NCBI RefSeq assembly: GCF_963676685.1 | Contig: NC_092349.1 | Coordinates: 46,748,001-46,812,000 of the forward strand | DNA from: Mytilus edulis | Taxonomy: Eukaryota | Length of the DNA: 64,000 bases | Direction: 5' to 3' | Part shown: piece after piece, positions 1 to 12,493 of the stretch | How the letters are laid out: the number at the start of each line of letters is the position of its first letter | Numbering within the stretch: the first letter of the stretch is position 1 | Notes under the pieces: model-generated | Databases searched by the model: none | What the model was told of the DNA's origin: nothing | The model's input: the letters and a program-made list of their open reading frames with translations, nothing else | Made by a program: the position numbers and the translations under genes

Positions 1-120
1 GAAAACAAGCACGGTGACCTATATATTGTTTTTGCTCTATTGATTCCTTTATTAATCCCCTATCAATATAAACTAGTGTTTTAAAAAGTTAATTACTTTG
101 AAACTGAGAAGCGAACTACC
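1..120. mobile_element. 3' end of a TTAA-flanked MITE (same family as 28938-29327)
   Basis: Aligns by eye to 29208-29327; ends ...AGCGAACTACC followed by TTAA (121-124). Confidence 0.7.
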
Positions 121-533
121 TTAATGTAAGTCAAACTATTATTTTATTATTCTATAAGGTACTTAACATCTTCTTTATAACATGGCAACATTTACAGACG
201 CAAAAAAGTTACTGTGTTCAGAACAAAAAGGATAATATAGTCACAGCTGTGTTTACTCCCTAGTATATCAATGGTGTGTTTATTGACTTATATTTTAAAT
301 TTTAATAAAACAATTATTACTATTTACCACATAATGTTCATATTGAATCTTATATTGATGGCGTTCCCTCTTTAAATACAAACTTTGCAAAACCCTAGAC
401 TTGGGTTTTTATTAAAACCTTTCTGATACATTTAAAAAAAAAATGATTATGAGCTTTAACTTAGATGTTCAAAACACACAGCCTTCCGATATATGTTTTG
501 AAAGTTTTAAATAAATTAGCCTACTTTTTTCAG

Positions 534-840
534 CTCAGTTTAATGGCTTTTACTGTAGTGAACCTGGGACATATGGCAATATGATCATCCTATCTTCCAT
601 AAAGAAACGCAACATAGTTACATGTGTATTTGCCTGTTCATTTAGAGATGGTTGCCTAGGAGTCAATTTCAATCTCAAAACTGAAGAATGTCAGATCATT
701 GCTGGAGGTCAACAGATCATGAAGGCCTATGTTCCAGAATGGCAGTTTTATATCAAATGCTAACAAGAGAAAATGATGTGCTTACCACGCTTGTGCAGGA
801 TTCTGGCACATAAGATGATTCAGGTTTATACATCACTTAG
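534..840 (+). pseudogene. Decayed last exon (PAN/apple-like domain) of a paralogue of the 16805-20137 gene
   Basis: Acceptor ttttttcag ends at 533, same phase as the 19824 exon. Translation QFNGFYCSEPGTYGNM...CLGVNFNLKTEECQIIAGGQQ matches RFTGFYCGESGAYGNM...CLGVNFNRKTEECQMIAGGQQ. TTA>TAA at 761-763, then a 1-nt frameshift and another stop before the homologous ...ATCACTTAG end. Confidence 0.75.
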
Positions 841-1479
841 GAGACATATAATACAACATAATGTGTGATTAATCTGTGATAAAGTAACATTAGTTTACTT
901 CTTACTGTGTTTTGTTTTATTGTATGTAATACTAATTTTTGTTCATTGTTCTGACCTTAACTGTTTTATTATATAGTCAACCAATTTTGTTTTTCTTCTA
1001 CATTGACCGAATTATGAAATTGAGATGATGAATATTAAAAACACTTTTTGTTTCATCCGGTCAAATGTGGTCAAACCTAGAGCCTGGAACCACATCCATA
1101 ATTGCCTTTCCTTTTTATTAGTATCCTGTTTGATACATAATATTGTAATCTTATCAAGCGCGGTTCGTCTAATTCAGAAACATTTCTATAATTACATTTG
1201 ATGTTATGTGTCCCGATTTCATTTCCTATTTGCTAATAACATCCCTAAGAGAGGGAATTCAACTATCAACGAAACATTACTTTTGGCCACTGTTGATATT
1301 GATGATGATTAGGAGGGGAAGGTGGAGGAGGAGAAGTAGGAGGAAACAAGAGAAAAATGTCTATTTAAAAGATAAATGCTTATTCAGGACCTGAACATAT
1401 GAACATAAAACCTGCATTGTAATATAAAAACACACTGAGCCCTAATGCTCAACATGCTCGAATTGAGACCGAAAATTGG

Positions 1480-1745
1480 AAGGTGTCAAAGAGACAACAA
1501 CCCGACCAGAGAGCAGACAACAGCGGAAGGCCACCAATGGGTCTTCAAAACAGCGAGAAATTTCTGCACCCGGAGGCGTGCTTCAGTTTACCCCTTAAAA
1601 CAAATATATACTATTTAAGGGAAAATTGACGTCATACAAATCACCAAAATATAAAATTGATCTAAAATTAAAAATCATACAAGACTAACAAAGGCCAGAG
1701 GATCCTGACTTGAGACAGGAGCAAACATGCGGCGGGGTTAAAAAT
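1480..1745 (-). repeat. Dispersed repeat family with core TGTCCCAAGTCAGGAGCC
   Basis: Reverse complement matches about 61370-61650. The same core occurs near 22100-22410 and 55670-56130 and, reversed, near 25560-25860. Class not determined. Confidence 0.6.
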
Positions 1746-3315
1746 TTTGTAAAACAAGTGTTGTGTCATGTGTACTATTGTTTGTCTGTTTGTCTTTTTC
1801 GATTTGATTTTTGAGTTTGACTGCATGTCCCTCGTTTTTGTGATATGGCAACCCTCTCCCTAAACTTCTAGCCAAAGAAAAAAACACAACAATACACACA
1901 GTAAAAAGAGGGACGAAAGACTCAGTTAAAAATAGGTTAAGGCCGATGTCAGAATAGGTAACAAAAGACACTAAACAAAATGACAATGATACATACATGT
2001 ATATTAAAAAGGACTAATAGCAGTTACTGACATGCCAGCTCCAGACCTCCATTTAAATGATCGAAGGATCATGTTCTCACCATATGAATATCAAGCACAA
2101 TACCTCCCGTTAGGGCTTGAGTATCATACCATCATAAAATATGTTAGAAGAACATAACCTGTTTCATGGTTTGAAAATAAATATGATTATTTCCGATGCA
2201 AACACCCAATAAGTGAATCAATATTAAAGCCAACATATGCCACCCTTAATGACTTGACAACAGTATCGTAACTATATCCCTTCGTAAAATTAATAAGTCT
2301 GTTTAAAGATTTTGTGAGGTCAATGTCGACATTTTTGTGATATGTAGAGAAAATAACCATACACAATTAGATGTGAAATATCTAAACGTATAATATGTTA
2401 GCAAGTTGATTTATATTCACGAATGATGTCCAATCATACAATTTAGTAACTGTTATCAAAAACATTGATAAGTCAAGTTGTAGTATCAAACTTACAATTT
2501 TGGTAATGTGCTTTGTATGCATGCCTTTTTGTGACGTGGCTCTGTACTTTCAAATCTCGTTATTGTGTTAGTGCTTTGGTAAATTATTGTATTCTTGTTT
2601 TTCCATTTTACTAACTCACATTGTGTATATGCATTTTTTGTGCTTCTTTATTACAGATATGTTTATTTTTTATAGTGATTGAGATTATAACACAATGTCG
2701 GATGCTGTACCCCGATGTTTGGCATTTTTACCAATTATTTATGTTTTTTTGTTCACACATTGATGTCAATATGATGGAATTTTATGCGAATGCATACAAG
2801 CGAGAGGTTTAGCTAGCTATAAAACCAGGTTATATCCAACATTTTCTACATAAGAAAATACCTGAACCAAGTCGGTGATATGATAGTGTTTATAATCCAT
2901 TAGTTTAATGTGTTTCAGCTTTTGATTTTTTACATTAGATTATGAACTTTCCGTTTTGAATTTTCCTCGGCGTTCAGTATTTTTGTGATTTTACTTTTTA
3001 TTTTCAAGTGATTATGTTTTAACTGATACATAATCACTAATGTAAAACAATAACATACTATAAACTATTTAACCTTAAATGTAGTTATCAAGATAAAAAA
3101 AAAATGATGTCACATGAATTGATATAAACCCTCTTTATTGATGAATTAAAATATATTTATTAATGTGTGTTGATTATAATTATATATCAAACTATTAGCA
3201 AAACAACGAATAAAAATTGGTTGAAAGCAGACCGACAGGACTTTAATTCCTTCTACTGTTTTAAAATTTGAAAAAAATTGCTCATCGCGAAAAGTTACTT
3301 TAAATTAATCCATAC

Positions 3316-3611
3316 ATAGTTATCAAAGGTACATGGATTATAATTTAGTACATTAGACGCGCGTTTCGTCTACATAGACTCGCCATTGACGTTCATATCA
3401 AAATATTTATAAAGCCAAACAAGTACAAAGTTAAAGATCATTGAGGAACCAAAATTCCAAGAAGATTTGCCAAATACGGCTAAGGTAATCTATACCTGGG
3501 ATAAGAAAATCCTTAGTTTTTCGAAAAATTCAAAGTTTTGTAAACAGGAAATTTATAAAAATGACCACATTATTGATATTCATGTCAACACCGGAGTGTT
3601 GACTACTGGGT
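3316..3611 (-). mobile_element. Dispersed retrozyme-like monomer with a degenerate hammerhead
   Basis: Near-identical to 23717-24028. Hammerhead core reads ATGGCGA instead of CTGATGA on the minus strand. Confidence 0.7.
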
Positions 3612-3774
3612 TGAAATGTTCCTTCCGTAAACTGTTTGTGTTCTGACAGGAAACTTCACTTTCGTTTTGCGAATGAAATAAAAGAACATTTTCGTCCAAA
3701 TCACCAACAAATGCTAGGAGCACTGACACAATCATTTACAAATCACTTTTATTCAGGATTTAGTATTGACAATT

Positions 3775-5883
3775 CTATCTTTTGTTCCGAAGTACTTTTG
3801 TTAAGTTTAACCAGAACTGTTCCTCCTCATATTCTTTTGTTGGAAATTTACTAAATGATGCTGAATTAACAAAAGCTCGCAAACTTGATGACATATTTTT
3901 TTCAGACACATCCTCTACCATAAGACTAATTAAAGCCTCAGATTCCATGTTCAGGCATTTTTCCTGTGCTATTCTTGATTCAAACAGACACCAGCTGCTT
4001 TTTACCATATCATGAGATATTACAATAATTATTCTTCTGCTTACGTTCATTTTTTCAATTATGTTTTCGACATACACTTTACCAACATCAAAATCTCGAT
4101 CTCTTATACATAAAGAAATCCCGGACTCATTTTCTACTTTTTTTAAAAGTTTTTTTCGAATCCATTGTAGGTCATCGTCGCAGTAAATAACATATGCTTC
4201 AAATTTGTAATCTGTTTCTTCATTTGATATAAGGGAAAATCCTTTCTTTTTCACTCGGTAGAGATATAACCAATATCTTATATGCCATCGCAATCTGTAG
4301 ATTAAACTGAAGATGATAATAAACACAATACCTGATAATGATAGTGATGTGACAATGGCTGTTAATAATTCATTATCTGTATTGGAACATTCGGAATGAG
4401 TTGGTATTGCATCTTTAAGCAATTCGCCGTCGTTTTCAGGAGGCGTTTTACAATGGAAAAATTCTGGATAATTTTCAAAAATATTTTTTTCCGTTTGTAT
4501 CCAGTTGTGAAACCATAGATTAGAACATGTACATGCAAAGGGATTGTTTCCTAATGACAATGTAGATAACTGTTTGAATACATTTCGAGGAAACAGTGTA
4601 TTGTTTATAGTTGATAAAGCATTTCCAGTTAGTATTATCGTTCTGACAGATGATTGGTTTCCAAATACGCTATTCCCATTCCATGATGATATTCTATTGT
4701 TTTTAAATGAAACACTTGATAAATTAGTCAATTTTAAAAACAAGTTTTCAGGGAGTGTGATAAGTTGACAATTGTTAATTCTTAGTTGTCTTAGAGATTG
4801 TAATGGTGATAACATTTTCTCTACAACGTTTATAGAGGGGAATTCATTGCCACTTAAATCAAGATATTCTATTTTAGGGCTATATCTGAAAATTTCGGTT
4901 TCATTAAAATGGTACAATATGTTATTTTTGAAAACAAAATGATTGTCAGTAAATATCAACTGTTTCAAAGTAATGCTTTGAAATGCCCTTTCATCTATTC
5001 TGTTAAATCGGAATCCTAAATTACTCATGAAAAGGCATTCAAGCGACGGGAGTTTATTAAACGTGTAATTTGATACAACCAAAATAGGATTTGCAGTGAG
5101 ACGTAAAGTGTTTAATTTATCTAAACACCAGAACAGGTTATCTATGTTAATGATATAATTAGCCTTCAAATTAAGTTTAACAAGTTCAGGGTAAAAACAG
5201 GTTGTTTCATTTCCAAAAAAGTCCTTTGTTAGTTGTATACGATTATAATGGAGATCTAGTATTTTTATTTTTTTGAAAAATCCTGGTTGGATAATGGATA
5301 TAATGCCATATCCAATACGCAACTCTTCAAGCTGCACCAAGTGTTTGCTTAGAAGTGTCATATTTAAGTTTTGAAAATTGCTATCCAATATTTCCAGCAT
5401 TGTAATATTAAAGCGTGATAACGCAATGTATAAAACGGTCGGTTCATTACTCCATTTCATTCTTTTTAATATAATTTGTTTAAAATCTGAACAATTGATC
5501 TGTGCTAATGCATTTGCTACTATCATCGAAGTCAGGTTAGGATTCCTACTGAGATCCAATCTAAGAAGAAAACGAAAATGCATGAAGGCATCAACTGTGA
5601 TATTTGTTAAGCCGTTCCGTGCGAGAGAAACACTTACAAGTTTCAATCCTTCCAAATTTCGAAACGTTGAAGCTTTAATGATTTGTAGTCGATTTCCAGA
5701 AAAGTCAAGTTCTGTTATATAGCTCGGAAACACAGGGACGAACCGCAACAAGGCACCCCGACATGACGCAGATCCATCTTTCTTTGAGCATACACATGAT
5801 TTGGGACAACTACTGCTTCGTGCAACACAAACATAGACTGTCAGCACAAGAAGTAAAATAATTGAAACCGACATAATTAGCAT
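3775..5883 (-). CDS. Toll-like receptor, single cysteine cluster type, 702 aa
   Basis: Signal peptide, LRR-NT (CPKSCVC), many LxxLxLxxN repeats, LRR-CT (NPFACTCSNLWF...C...C), TM helix, TIR domain (FEAYVIY; LCIRDRDFDVG; WCLFE; FW). A splice acceptor (ttttttag on minus, 5888-5889) lies just upstream of the ATG, implying a 5'UTR intron. Confidence 0.96.
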   Translation of the reverse strand: MLIMSVSIILLLVLTVYVCVARSSSCPKSCVCSKKDGSASCRGALLRFVPVFPSYITELDFSGNRLQIIKASTFRNLEGLKLVSVSLARNGLTNITVDAFMHFRFLLRLDLSRNPNLTSMIVANALAQINCSDFKQIILKRMKWSNEPTVLYIALSRFNITMLEILDSNFQNLNMTLLSKHLVQLEELRIGYGIISIIQPGFFKKIKILDLHYNRIQLTKDFFGNETTCFYPELVKLNLKANYIINIDNLFWCLDKLNTLRLTANPILVVSNYTFNKLPSLECLFMSNLGFRFNRIDERAFQSITLKQLIFTDNHFVFKNNILYHFNETEIFRYSPKIEYLDLSGNEFPSINVVEKMLSPLQSLRQLRINNCQLITLPENLFLKLTNLSSVSFKNNRISSWNGNSVFGNQSSVRTIILTGNALSTINNTLFPRNVFKQLSTLSLGNNPFACTCSNLWFHNWIQTEKNIFENYPEFFHCKTPPENDGELLKDAIPTHSECSNTDNELLTAIVTSLSLSGIVFIIIFSLIYRLRWHIRYWLYLYRVKKKGFSLISNEETDYKFEAYVIYCDDDLQWIRKKLLKKVENESGISLCIRDRDFDVGKVYVENIIEKMNVSRRIIIVISHDMVKSSWCLFESRIAQEKCLNMESEALISLMVEDVSEKNMSSSLRAFVNSASFSKFPTKEYEEEQFWLNLTKVLRNKR

Positions 5884-7116
5884 ATTCCTAAAAAAATATA
5901 TAAAAAGTGTAATTTTAAGGTAGTTTGATTGACGTATTTTTATATCATAGATTATACAAGAGAGTAGATTGCTACACGTACCAAATTTTTGGGCCGGACA
6001 TATGGAGGTTTTTAGTGTAAAAAAAAGTGCAAAGTATTTTATAACTATCTGTATATTGAGATGACTTTAATAATAAACTGCCAGAACCAGTCCAATCAAA
6101 TTAGATATTAGAGTGCTATAAATGATGAAAGTGATGAAATCGAATATCTTTTAATGCAGGTGATGAAATGGAATATCATCTAATTTATTTTCAAGACTTA
6201 ATTATGAAACTTGTGACTATCATCTACTGACAAAATATTCCAGTGTTTTCCTCATATCAGATATGGACTTTCGTCTTATTTACTCATTAATGAGTTTTAT
6301 GTCAAGATAGTATATTTTTTAGGACCCTCGATTCTGCGTATTACAGACGCATTTACTAACAAAAATATTATTTCTCTACGAGTTGTATCTCAGATATGGA
6401 CTAGCGCAAACTTTTATCAGTCACTCATTTGTGAATTGTAGGGTAATATTATCTTTTTTTAACGGGAGCCCTTGGTTATTCAAGACGCATCTACGAACAA
6501 AATCTCGTGAAATATGACTTATACTTCAACAGAAAGATGTACTTTAACTTTTTTACGGACAAATGAAACACTATATCCCTTCCCTAACTTCGTTTGACAA
6601 AAAATGTAAATATCGTAAAGTAAACAAATGTCAAAGTGTTCCTCTAAATAAAGGTTGAGAAATCCTAAACATAATGTTTTCATTTAATTCGTTTTTTTGG
6701 TGAAATTTTAAAATTATCAACACACAGTCATAAAAAAAGTAATGTAGCTTTGTATGATATTTAACCATGTGTTCTGCTCTAACCGACGCGAAGGATCTTC
6801 TTGAACTTACTACCAGTTATAAGAAATATTGATCATTGTTGAATGCCCAATGGTGACTTGAAGATGGAGAACAACAATAAAAACGTTCCATATTTCAGTT
6901 TTATTATCAATATTGTCGTGTGTACATTTAACCAATATTCATTCACATTTTCATTACGTATACGACAGACTAAAAATTGCTACATACTACGTCAACTAAA
7001 ATTCAGAAAGCTTCAGACAGTACAGCAAATTATTCTCTTCGTAACAACTGACAAATCATTGACAAAATATTTTTTATTTAAATTTGTTTGGATGCAGTAA
7101 AACTGCATAGTATTAA

Positions 7117-7792
7117 AGGGGCACTAGCTACGAGATATATAAAAATCTAAAGTTTGATTTTTTTTCTGTTCAATCAATAATGAAAGTGAAATAGTGAAAT
7201 AACAATTCGCTTTTTGCAGCCAAAAAGTTTCAATTTTGTCAAATTACGCTAAGAAACACTGATAATTAGTTATTCACTTGCAAGTGAATGAGTCGACCTC
7301 TTTAAATCTGTGTTCATGTGAACTTCAATTTAACCCCTAGCTAGAGATTGACAACGCATGCATTGTACGTGTACTGGTTATTTTAAGAAAAAGAATGTCA
7401 ACAATAAAAGTGAAACTACGGTAAATCATTTGATTACTAATTCGATGCACATAAAATCATTCTTATACGGTTAAAAACAATGAAAAACATCTATTTTTAA
7501 TCTATAAAATAAAATCAAACAGACTTATAAAAATCCAACTGCACGTGTTGGTTTAATCTATTCATATCTTTATTTATGTTTACATCGCTTCTATGGTAAT
7601 CTGAGGTCAAATCGATAGTTAATTAGATGGTGTATGGACTAGAATACACACGAAACAAACCTATATATTATCTACCCCATGCTCTGTAAACTGTTTATTT
7701 TAGACTTTTGATAGTTTGGATAAATGTTTTACATTGTTATAAATCAAATATGAGTCAAATCGGTGACCATGAATTTGACAGCTAGTGCCCCT
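7117..7792. mobile_element. Non-autonomous DNA transposon (MITE), Kolobok-like ends
   Basis: Perfect 13-bp TIR AGGGGCACTAGCT/AGCTAGTGCCCCT; TTAA on both sides (7113-7116, 7793-7796). Confidence 0.88.
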
Positions 7793-8241
7793 TTAACAAA
7801 CATCAAATGGATATTCGAGAGGTTTGAAAATCACTTTCAATTACTGAAGCATGTATTTATATGTTACCTTTAAAAACTCCCGATATCGTTTGAGTTTTTT
7901 CCCCTGAAGGTATCACCAGCCCAGTAGTCAGCACTTCTGTGTTGAAATGACTATTATTGATATGGTCATAACTATAAGCTGTATTTGGTCATCAATGCTC
8001 TTCAACTTCTTACATTATTATTATTTTTTTAACTTTTTTATTCGAGCGTCACTGATGAGGGTTTTTTTTTTAAACGAATTGCGCGTCTGACAAAATTTCA
8101 ATCCTAGTATCTATGATGATTTTGTTGACTTTTTTTTCGATTTTTTGCATTATACTTCCACATAATTATATCACAACTGAGGATAACTTACACAGTCTTT
8201 CATTTGATAAATGTTAAATTCGATAAGAAAAACCTCAATAT

Positions 8242-8995
8242 ATGTGTTCCAGACCGTATAAGTATTTGGATCGTACGCGTACTGTCCAGACCGTATACGT
8301 ATACTGGTACGGTCCGACCATACGCGTAGTGTTGGACCGTATGAGTATACGTGTATGGTCCAGTACGAGCTGATCATACATGTTATTGGATCATATGGGT
8401 TAAGGTTAAACAAACATTCATCACAATCTTTTTGTTTTTAGTTTAAAAACTTGTAATTATCACAATTAGATAGATAAAAGGAACAAATGACCAATTGAAT
8501 TATATATTTGTTTAATTGAATATCTGGATCCTATTTTTGTACTCTCGCCCAAGGAGAGACTTGCTACGACACGTAACGTATTATTTTTAACATTTACATG
8601 TTTGCATGCAGTTCATACATGTTCCTTTGCATTTGCATGTTTTGCTTTATATTCCAAAGCAATATTTCTCCCACATTATGTTAACTTCCGATATCTTCAG
8701 TGATCATATTTCAATTAATGTATTACTGATCGACATGCTAAGAAATTACTGGTAACAGATTGAATTGGTGGAATTTATTCAATAGTTAAAATATAATTTT
8801 TTTATTTCAATTACAGTTGAACTCTTTTATTTTAAATTTAGAGTTAAATTATGTTGATCTGTTAAATTAATTTGTATCGGATAAATTGACCAACATCTTA
8901 ATATAATTTAGACCGTACGCGTGCGGTTCGACCGTATGAGTATTTTAAAAAAAAGTACGCATACGGTCCAAATACTCATACGGTCTGGAACACAT
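8242..8995. mobile_element. MITE with about 41-bp TIRs and subterminal GACCGTATGAGTA-like repeats
   Basis: ATGTGTTCCAGACCGTATAAGTATTTGGATCGTACGCGTAC versus GTACGCATACGGTCCAAATACTCATACGGTCTGGAACACAT (3 mismatches). Confidence 0.85.
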
Positions 8996-9544
8996 GCATT
9001 ATATGTAATAAGTTATGATGTAAAATTTATTAAATCAAAAATTTTAAAAAAGTAATCATATCTCTCATTTAAAAAGAGATATAAATTATCTTGTACATGA
9101 CATACTAACCAACACTTTCCTCTTCTAGCGTGAATATTATGAATACCTGAGTGCGAAATTGTTTAAACCATAATTATATGTATTTTCTCATGAGAAAAAA
9201 ATTAGCTTTTACATATAATGATATGTTCTTATGTCACCTTTGAGCCTTGTACTTCCTATTTCACTTAATGAACTATTTTGAAATATATTAGGCCTAGGTT
9301 TTTGATATTTGCTCAATTAGTAAGGAAATATTATAAAAACATATAGAATCATACTGTTTTGGATCATCAAGAGTGTTTAGCTTATTGGAAATTACCTATT
9401 CTTTTCATAAAAAAAAAAACCTTTAAAAAAAACTACTGTTCCAAACTAATTTGAGGTCCAATAAGCACTTCCGTTTTGATTTATAAGAACTGTCATTGAT
9501 TTTGATACGGTCATACTCACAAATCAGCTGTAATATGCTCTTTA

Positions 9545-9955
9545 AAGAGGGACGAAAGATACAAGAGGGACAGTCAAACTCATAAAACGACAATAAACTG
9601 ACAACGCCATGGCTAAAAAGAAAAGGACAAACAGACTAACAATAGTTCACATAGCACAACATAGAACACTAAAGAATAAACAACACGAACCCCACCAAAA
9701 TCTAGGGGGAATCGCGGGTGCTCCGGAAGGGTAAGCAGATCTTGCTCCACATGTGGAACCCGTCGTGTTGCTTATGAGATAAAAAAAAATCCGGTAAATA
9801 GTCTAATAAAGTATGTCACATTTATGAAAGGGAAAGGGACTGTCGTTACGACGTAAGGAACATATATCAGATATCGTTTGTGAAACAGTTATTCCATAAC
9901 GGTCAACCAACTCGTGATGGCGTCCGTAAAATTTACGAAGAGATGATTTTAACTT
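9545..9955 (-). mobile_element. 3' fragment of a Penelope-like element
   Basis: 9910-9950 is the approximate reverse complement of 32280-32318, which follows an RT remnant. Boundaries approximate. Confidence 0.45.
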
Positions 9956-10781
9956 TGTACTTTACTTGGCTTTTTTTAACATTTTTAATTCGAGCGTTAC
10001 GGTGAATCTTTTGTAAACGAAACGCGTTTCTGGCGCAAATATTAAATTTCAATCTTAATATCAATGATGAGTTTATTATTAACTTTAAAATTTTCGAAAT
10101 CCCAACGCTTTCATTTTTACAAGGTAAGATTCACTGGGGTAAAGCTGATGACCGTAACTGCATTCACGGTCATCCCAAGATGTCGGATGAAAAATTAGGT
10201 CAGTATTTGTATTGTCTGTTTAAGTGTTTCTATATCATTTTCATTACAAAGCATACACTGGTACGATGTAAATGTATAAAAGAATCACACGGAAATCACA
10301 TATTACAACCGAGAAATGTGTATGAAACAGGAAATTGGAATTGAAAAAATCGCTAAGATAACCGTAAATCGTCAGTAAAATATTTTCAATTATACGACAA
10401 AAAGATGAAACTAACTTTTAATAAAGGTAATAATGATAATAATGATAATGTTTTTTTTTTATTAAGTTGCACAGATATGTTGAAACTCTACTCAGAAATT
10501 TTTCGTCCATTTCTTCATATATTTTTTAGAGGGTGGTGTATTTCTTTGACCTTTATTAAGGTGTGTATATTTCTAAACTCGTTCGATATACTCGTGTCTG
10601 TATTGTCGTGTTTTTGTTGCAATTTTCGTAATCCTAAGAAGTTTAAAACCGTTACTAAAGCAAATATTTATGTCGGAATATTTGACCGTACCTGTAGAAT
10701 CTTAATAACCAACGAGATATCACATTCTAACTATTACGGGGTGTTGTGTAAAGACTTTTTATTATAAATACGACAAAGTCG

Positions 10782-11760
10782 ATGGAGCCAAACTTAGCCG
10801 TTGAAATGGTGCAGGACCTGCAATGCAAAGGATGCACAGTTTCATGTATAATAATGGATGACGATACCACTACTCTAGCTAGACTTAAACAAAACATTAA
10901 TTCTGATATTGTTAAAAGGTCAGACAAAAACCACCAAAGAAAAAATATTGTTAGTGACTTATACCGCTTACATGAAAAACACAAAGGTAAATTGTCAACA
11001 AGTACTATAAGCTACTTGACAAAAGATTTAGATTATGCGATAGCCCAAAACCAGAATCATGCAGAACAATTAAGCCAGAATATTTATTCCATCATTCCCC
11101 ATTCTTTTGGTGATCATTCTAAATGTGACTTATCATGGTGTAACTACCATAAAGATCCAGAAAATTACAAACACAAAAGTCTTCCGTATGGCAAAGATTT
11201 AAACGGAGAGGAAATGTTTGCTGATCTATCAAAATTGTTTGATTCTTATGCAAAGAACTCACATAAATTAGCTAATTGTGGCAGCTCACAAGGAAACGAA
11301 TCCTTAAATCAAATTATCGCGTTAAAGGCACCAAAAGCTAAGCATTTTGGGAGTAGTCAATCCCTTCCTTTCCGAGTATGCGTGGGTGTTATTCAGAAAA
11401 ACGAAGGTCGTTCTTATATACCACAAGTATACGAAGCTCATAAATTGTCACCGGGAAAATTTACAGTAATGCATACGGCAAAAATAGACAAAAAGCGCAA
11501 GCATGACAAAGTGAATGCAAGTACCCGGGAGGCAAAGAGAAAAAGACTAGTCAAAAAAGGAAAATTTAACTTAAATCTAAAGGCCAAAGAAATACGAGAA
11601 GGCATCACATATGCAACCTCTATATCTGCACCAGCAAATTCGAGAGAGAAAGCTGATGATATTTCACCCATTCCTGATCCTGAACCAGAAGTGACGGAAG
11701 ATCCTCTGTCTTTGAAAGACGAAACATTTGTTTACTTTGACCTTGAAACTACAGGATTCG
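10782..11760 (+). CDS. DDE transposase exon (Mutator-like/Kolobok type; N-terminal part missing) ending in the ExoI motif
   Basis: Motifs KSMEP, IIMDDDTT, SDKNHQRK, HSFGDHSKC..WC, SSQGNESLN, a basic NLS-like stretch, then FVYFDLETTGF. Phase-1 donor G|GTAAGA at 11760/11761. Confidence 0.82.
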
Positions 11761-12493
11761 GTAAGAAATTAATTGTTTTTGTTGTTGGTTTTCTTTTATT
11801 ACATAGCCAATATAATCGTTATCTTTTTTCGGCTACAGATTATTTTCTTATTTATGAACAATTTAAACAGACAGATCTTCTTTGATTTAAATCTACACTG
11901 AGTAATTGGAAATTTATAAACAAAAAACAAAAACAACAAATAAAAAAAAACACGATCAGGCGACACCAGTATGTAAATGTTATATGTATGCCTAATACAT
12001 GTATTTATATTTCTTATTGTCATTCAAAAAGGGACAAAAGACAACTTGGAATATAATGTGTTGCGTTTCTATAGGACCTGAGTATATTATTAGAAATCTT
12101 TGTAGTATCACAGTATATAAAATGTCTTAGCGTTTTTACCAATACTTAGGAGTTTGAATAATAATATCAAATGTGTTTAACATTATGCATACATAATAAA
12201 TAGGCTAAATAATTATGAATAAAGAGAGAAATTAACTGGAATACAGAAATTCAGAGGACACTACAAGAAGAAAAAATCCCCTTCACATCCGCAATCGCTA
12301 CATATAATGTTTAACATGAAACAACAAACTTTTTTCTGCATTGGATTGTATGCGTTTCCGTTTGTGTTGCTAAGTAACATAAACGGTAATCATTGTAGTT
12401 TGTTACTGTGTGCATGTATCGTAAGATGAATGATAGGACGGCATTTTTTAAGTATTAATAACAAAGACTTATTTTGAATTGTTTCTTTTTCAG

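Noticed and set aside
1281-1350. Arg-rich 62-aa ORF at 1206-1394
   Set aside because: Arises from low-complexity GAT/GAG/AGG repeats.
3636-5722. Plus-strand ORFs overlapping the TLR (likewise those opposite the transposase, ankyrin, Penelope and channel ORFs)
   Set aside because: Antisense or alternate-frame shadows of real coding sequence, with no recognisable motifs.
10170-10206. First coding exon of the transposase (ATGTCGGATGAAAAATTAG|GTCAGT)
   Set aside because: Phase would fit, but there is no canonical AG before the KSMEP exon and the N-terminal catalytic region is absent; cannot be supported.
11761-11885. Hydrophobic C-terminal tail of the 367-aa ORF as a TM segment
   Set aside because: Read-through into a T-rich intron after the GTAAG donor.
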